Assembly: GCA_039589615.1 (NCBI GenBank)
Contig: JBDHHA010000005.1
Coordinates: 4,431-68,430, forward strand
Source of the DNA: Gemmatimonadota bacterium
Lineage (GTDB): Bacteria > Gemmatimonadota > Gemmatimonadetes > Gemmatimonadales > GWC2-71-9
Length of the DNA stretch: 64,000 bases
Reading direction: 5' to 3'
Each line of letters opens with the position of its first letter. Within the stretch, counting starts at the first letter, position 1. Under the pieces are notes generated by a model that saw nothing but the letters and a program-made list of their open reading frames with translations, was not told the origin of the DNA and did no database searches. A program made the translations under genes and the position numbers. This document shows, in pieces, positions 61,643 through 64,000 of this stretch.

Positions 61643-63688
61643 GTGATCGACTACAACAACGGTGTTACTGCGGTCCTCCTGGCGTGCGGGCTGGGCCTCG
61701 GGAGTGCTCCGGCCCCGGCGCAGGATGCACCGGTCGAGGCGGCAAGGCGAGTCATCGCCATGACCTCGCTGGCCTCGAAGGAATACGCGGACGGAGTCAC
61801 TGGCGGGAGGATCGTATCCCAAGAGGAGATCGACGAGGCTGCTCTATTCCTCGGTGAGGCGCGTCGCGCGACGAGGGGGCTCCCCCACGCACTGGGGGAG
61901 GTTGCCGCGGGCCTCATCGATTCCGCCCTCGCCGTAGTCCAGTCGACCGGTCCGGCGGTGGAGATCAGCCGTTTTGCAGAGGGCATTGCGGCTCACCTGC
62001 GAGACGCACTGGGCACCGTCGAGGACTCCCCTCCTTCCCTGCGCCCCACCTTGGCCCTCGGGCGACGGCTGTTCCTCAGGAATTGCACCGAATGCCATGG
62101 GGACGGGGGCGCCGGAGACGGCCACCGGGCCCCGGGCCTCGATCCGCCGCCGGCCGATCTCACGGAGGCCACCGCGCTGGCCGACCAGGCTCCGCTGGAC
62201 CACTTCCGCAAGATTCGCTTCGGGGTGTCGGGCACGGACATGGACGGATTCGAAGACCTGCTCGAGGATGAAGAGATTTGGGCCGTGACGTGGTACGTCG
62301 CCCGCCTGCGGGCCGACGATCAGACGCGGGAACTCGGCGAGGCCGTCTTCCGGCGGCTCTGCCCCGAGTGCCGAGGTCCCGACGGCGACGCTACCGCCCG
62401 GCTTCTCACCGCGCCGACGGCTCTCGTCGATCCCACCGCGGTCGCTACCGCCACCGACGACGAGCTTGGTGAGATCGTGCGCCGCGAAGCTGCCTCCGCC
62501 GGTGTTCCCATCACCGGTCGCGACGCCGAAGCGGTCGTGTCCTATCTGCGCACACTCCCCTTTGCTCTTGAGGACGGCTCAGGCGCTCGGCGCGCGTTCG
62601 CCATGGCACGCACCGAGCTCACGCGGGCGGTGCGGGAAGCCCGCGCGGGACGCTTCGACAGAGCGTCCGCCCTCGCGTTCGATGCGTACGCGGCGTTCGA
62701 GGAGGTCGAAACCGAGGTCAGACTGCGAGACCCCGCGTTGGTCACCTCGGTGGAGGCGAGCTTCGCGGCGCTGCGAGGTCGGCTCGCCCGGGGCGACCGC
62801 GTGGAAGAGCTCATCGAGTCTTATCGAGCGCTCGACGCCGAACTGCGAGGGGCCCAGTCGCTGCTGGAAACCCCGTCGTCGACCGTCGGTCTCTTCCTAC
62901 AGTCTTTTATCCTGCTCGTACGGGAGGGGCTCGAAGCCATCCTCATCGTTGGCGCGCTGGCGACGGTCGTGGTACGCGCCGGGGTTCCCGAGCGTCGCCG
63001 GGACGTGTGGTGGGGGGCGGGGGCTGCCCTCGGCGCCAGCCTCGTGACTGCCGTCCTGCTCGAGTCTGTCTTTCGCTTGGGAGTCGCGGAGCAGGAAGCG
63101 CTGGAAGGGGTCATCATGTTGCTGGCGACCGCGGTGTTGCTCTCGGTGAGCTATTGGCTCCTGGCCAAGGTCGAGGTGCACCACTGGAAGGCGTTCGTGA
63201 CCGCGAAGGCGCAACGGGCGCTCACGTCCGGGTCCATGGTGACCCTGGCCGGTGCCGCGTTCCTTGCCGTGTACCGAGAGGGGTTTGAGACCGTTCTGTT
63301 CTACAAGGCGCTCTTCATCACAGCAGACGGACAGGGCGCTGGATCCATCGGGGCCGGTGCGCTGGCCGCGGCAGTGTGTCTGGTGGGGATCTACATCGGG
63401 ATTGCCTATGCCGGAGTCCGTATTCCCATGCGCGTCTTCTTCGGAGCCACCAGCGCCATTCTCTTCTACATGGCGTTTACGTTCGCCGGCAAGGGTATCG
63501 CCGAGCTCCAGGAGAGCCAGTTGATCGACATCACGCTGCTGGATTGGGCACCACATGTGCCGTGGATGGGTGTCTATCCGACGCTGCAAACCACCGTGAT
63601 ACAGGTTGGGCTGCTGGGACTGCTCATGTTCGGGGTGGTGTGGACGTTCGTGATGCAACCCCGGCGCTTAGCCGCCCGAGTCCGCTAG
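61643..63688 (+). CDS. Cytochrome c domain fused to FTR1/EfeU-type high-affinity iron permease
   Basis: Signal peptide and heme motif CTECH. A second cytochrome-like repeat carries CPECR (His lost). The permease half has REGLE and REGFE (RExxE) motifs in TM helices. Confidence 0.8.
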   Translation: MIDYNNGVTAVLLACGLGLGSAPAPAQDAPVEAARRVIAMTSLASKEYADGVTGGRIVSQEEIDEAALFLGEARRATRGLPHALGEVAAGLIDSALAVVQSTGPAVEISRFAEGIAAHLRDALGTVEDSPPSLRPTLALGRRLFLRNCTECHGDGGAGDGHRAPGLDPPPADLTEATALADQAPLDHFRKIRFGVSGTDMDGFEDLLEDEEIWAVTWYVARLRADDQTRELGEAVFRRLCPECRGPDGDATARLLTAPTALVDPTAVATATDDELGEIVRREAASAGVPITGRDAEAVVSYLRTLPFALEDGSGARRAFAMARTELTRAVREARAGRFDRASALAFDAYAAFEEVETEVRLRDPALVTSVEASFAALRGRLARGDRVEELIESYRALDAELRGAQSLLETPSSTVGLFLQSFILLVREGLEAILIVGALATVVVRAGVPERRRDVWWGAGAALGASLVTAVLLESVFRLGVAEQEALEGVIMLLATAVLLSVSYWLLAKVEVHHWKAFVTAKAQRALTSGSMVTLAGAAFLAVYREGFETVLFYKALFITADGQGAGSIGAGALAAAVCLVGIYIGIAYAGVRIPMRVFFGATSAILFYMAFTFAGKGIAELQESQLIDITLLDWAPHVPWMGVYPTLQTTVIQVGLLGLLMFGVVWTFVMQPRRLAARVR

Positions 63689-63735
63689 CGTCACCTCCCT
63701 TTGCAGATTGCGGATGGGCGATTAGTGATTGGAGG

Positions 63736-64000
63736 ATGACCTCCACCAAATCACCCTTCCTCCTGCTCGCCCTCGGGCTGACTGTGGCCGACTGCGGGGG
63801 GAACGGTCCGGCAACGGACTCGCCGAACGTCGTCCGCGTTGCCGTAGCCGGGAACTTCGCCGGGCCCCAGCAAGAACTTGCCCGTCTGTTCCAGGCCGGC
63901 AGCGGCATCACCGTCGAAACGAGCCTTGGCTCCACCGGCCAGCTGTACGCCCAGATTGCGAACGGCGCGCCATACGACGTGTTCCTCGCCGCCGACACGG
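63736..64000 (+). CDS. modA: Molybdate ABC transporter substrate-binding lipoprotein, N-terminal 88 codons (runs off window end)
   Basis: ATG 63736 with lipobox LTVADC. VRVAVAGNFAGPQQELARLFQAGSGITVETSLGSTGQLYAQIANGAPYDVFLAAD is typical ModA. Confidence 0.8.
   Translation, partial: MTSTKSPFLLLALGLTVADCGGNGPATDSPNVVRVAVAGNFAGPQQELARLFQAGSGITVETSLGSTGQLYAQIANGAPYDVFLAADT

Noticed and set aside
63624-63998. 124-aa minus-strand ORF at the window end
   Set aside because: It is antisense to a clear ModA N-terminus, which has a lipobox and an SD.
1-64000. Mobile elements, prophage, defence islands, toxin-antitoxin pairs
   Set aside because: I looked for transposase, integrase or recombinase motifs, terminal inverted repeats, flanking tRNA targets and abrupt composition shifts. 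None were seen, and the only AT-rich patches are short promoter-like spacers.

Overview
High-GC bacterial chromosomal window, roughly two-thirds G+C by eye (not computed). It holds about 55 supportable protein genes. I saw no rRNA, tRNA, CRISPR array, transposase or integrase. All family names come from motifs I recognise in the translations; no search was run.

Layout:
- 1-20.6 kb is almost entirely minus-strand housekeeping. It carries the pnp 5' part and rpsO, a minimal Hanks kinase, and the conserved translationally coupled string rpsB-tsf-pyrH-frr-uppS-cdsA-dxr-rseP. It also carries rplM-rpsI, a biotin-dependent acyl-CoA carboxylase operon with an embedded RumA-type methyltransferase, and rpsA-cmk-aroA-tyrA.
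- 20.6-64 kb is mixed. It has acs, many exported peptidases (M14, M1, S1, M48, M24B, S9) and two paralogous PadR plus ATPase-less duplicated MacB/FtsX permease modules.
- The same stretch has an orphan receiver cluster, sfsA, an outer-membrane channel, a long-form guaA and a Tat-signal SDR. It also has an MFS/FKBP/DUF3500 operon, a cupin, DUF819, a large BNR/sortilin-like protein, a cytochrome c-FTR1 iron permease with a Fur-like box, and the modA 5' end.
- The gene content resembles Gemmatimonadota or Acidobacteriota. This is inference only.

Best candidates for undescribed biology:
1. 42410-45144: a CrtC-like protein translationally coupled to one 647-aa membrane polypeptide fusing ICMT/PEMT-like, PAP2-like and Lgt-like modules.
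2. The two PadR-orphan permease modules, which share a TGGTACA-type inverted-repeat operator.
3. A lipoprotein S1 (alpha-lytic-type) protease followed by a stand-alone copy of its own pro-domain.

Many long ORFs in the six-frame track are antisense or out-of-frame artefacts of high GC and were rejected.
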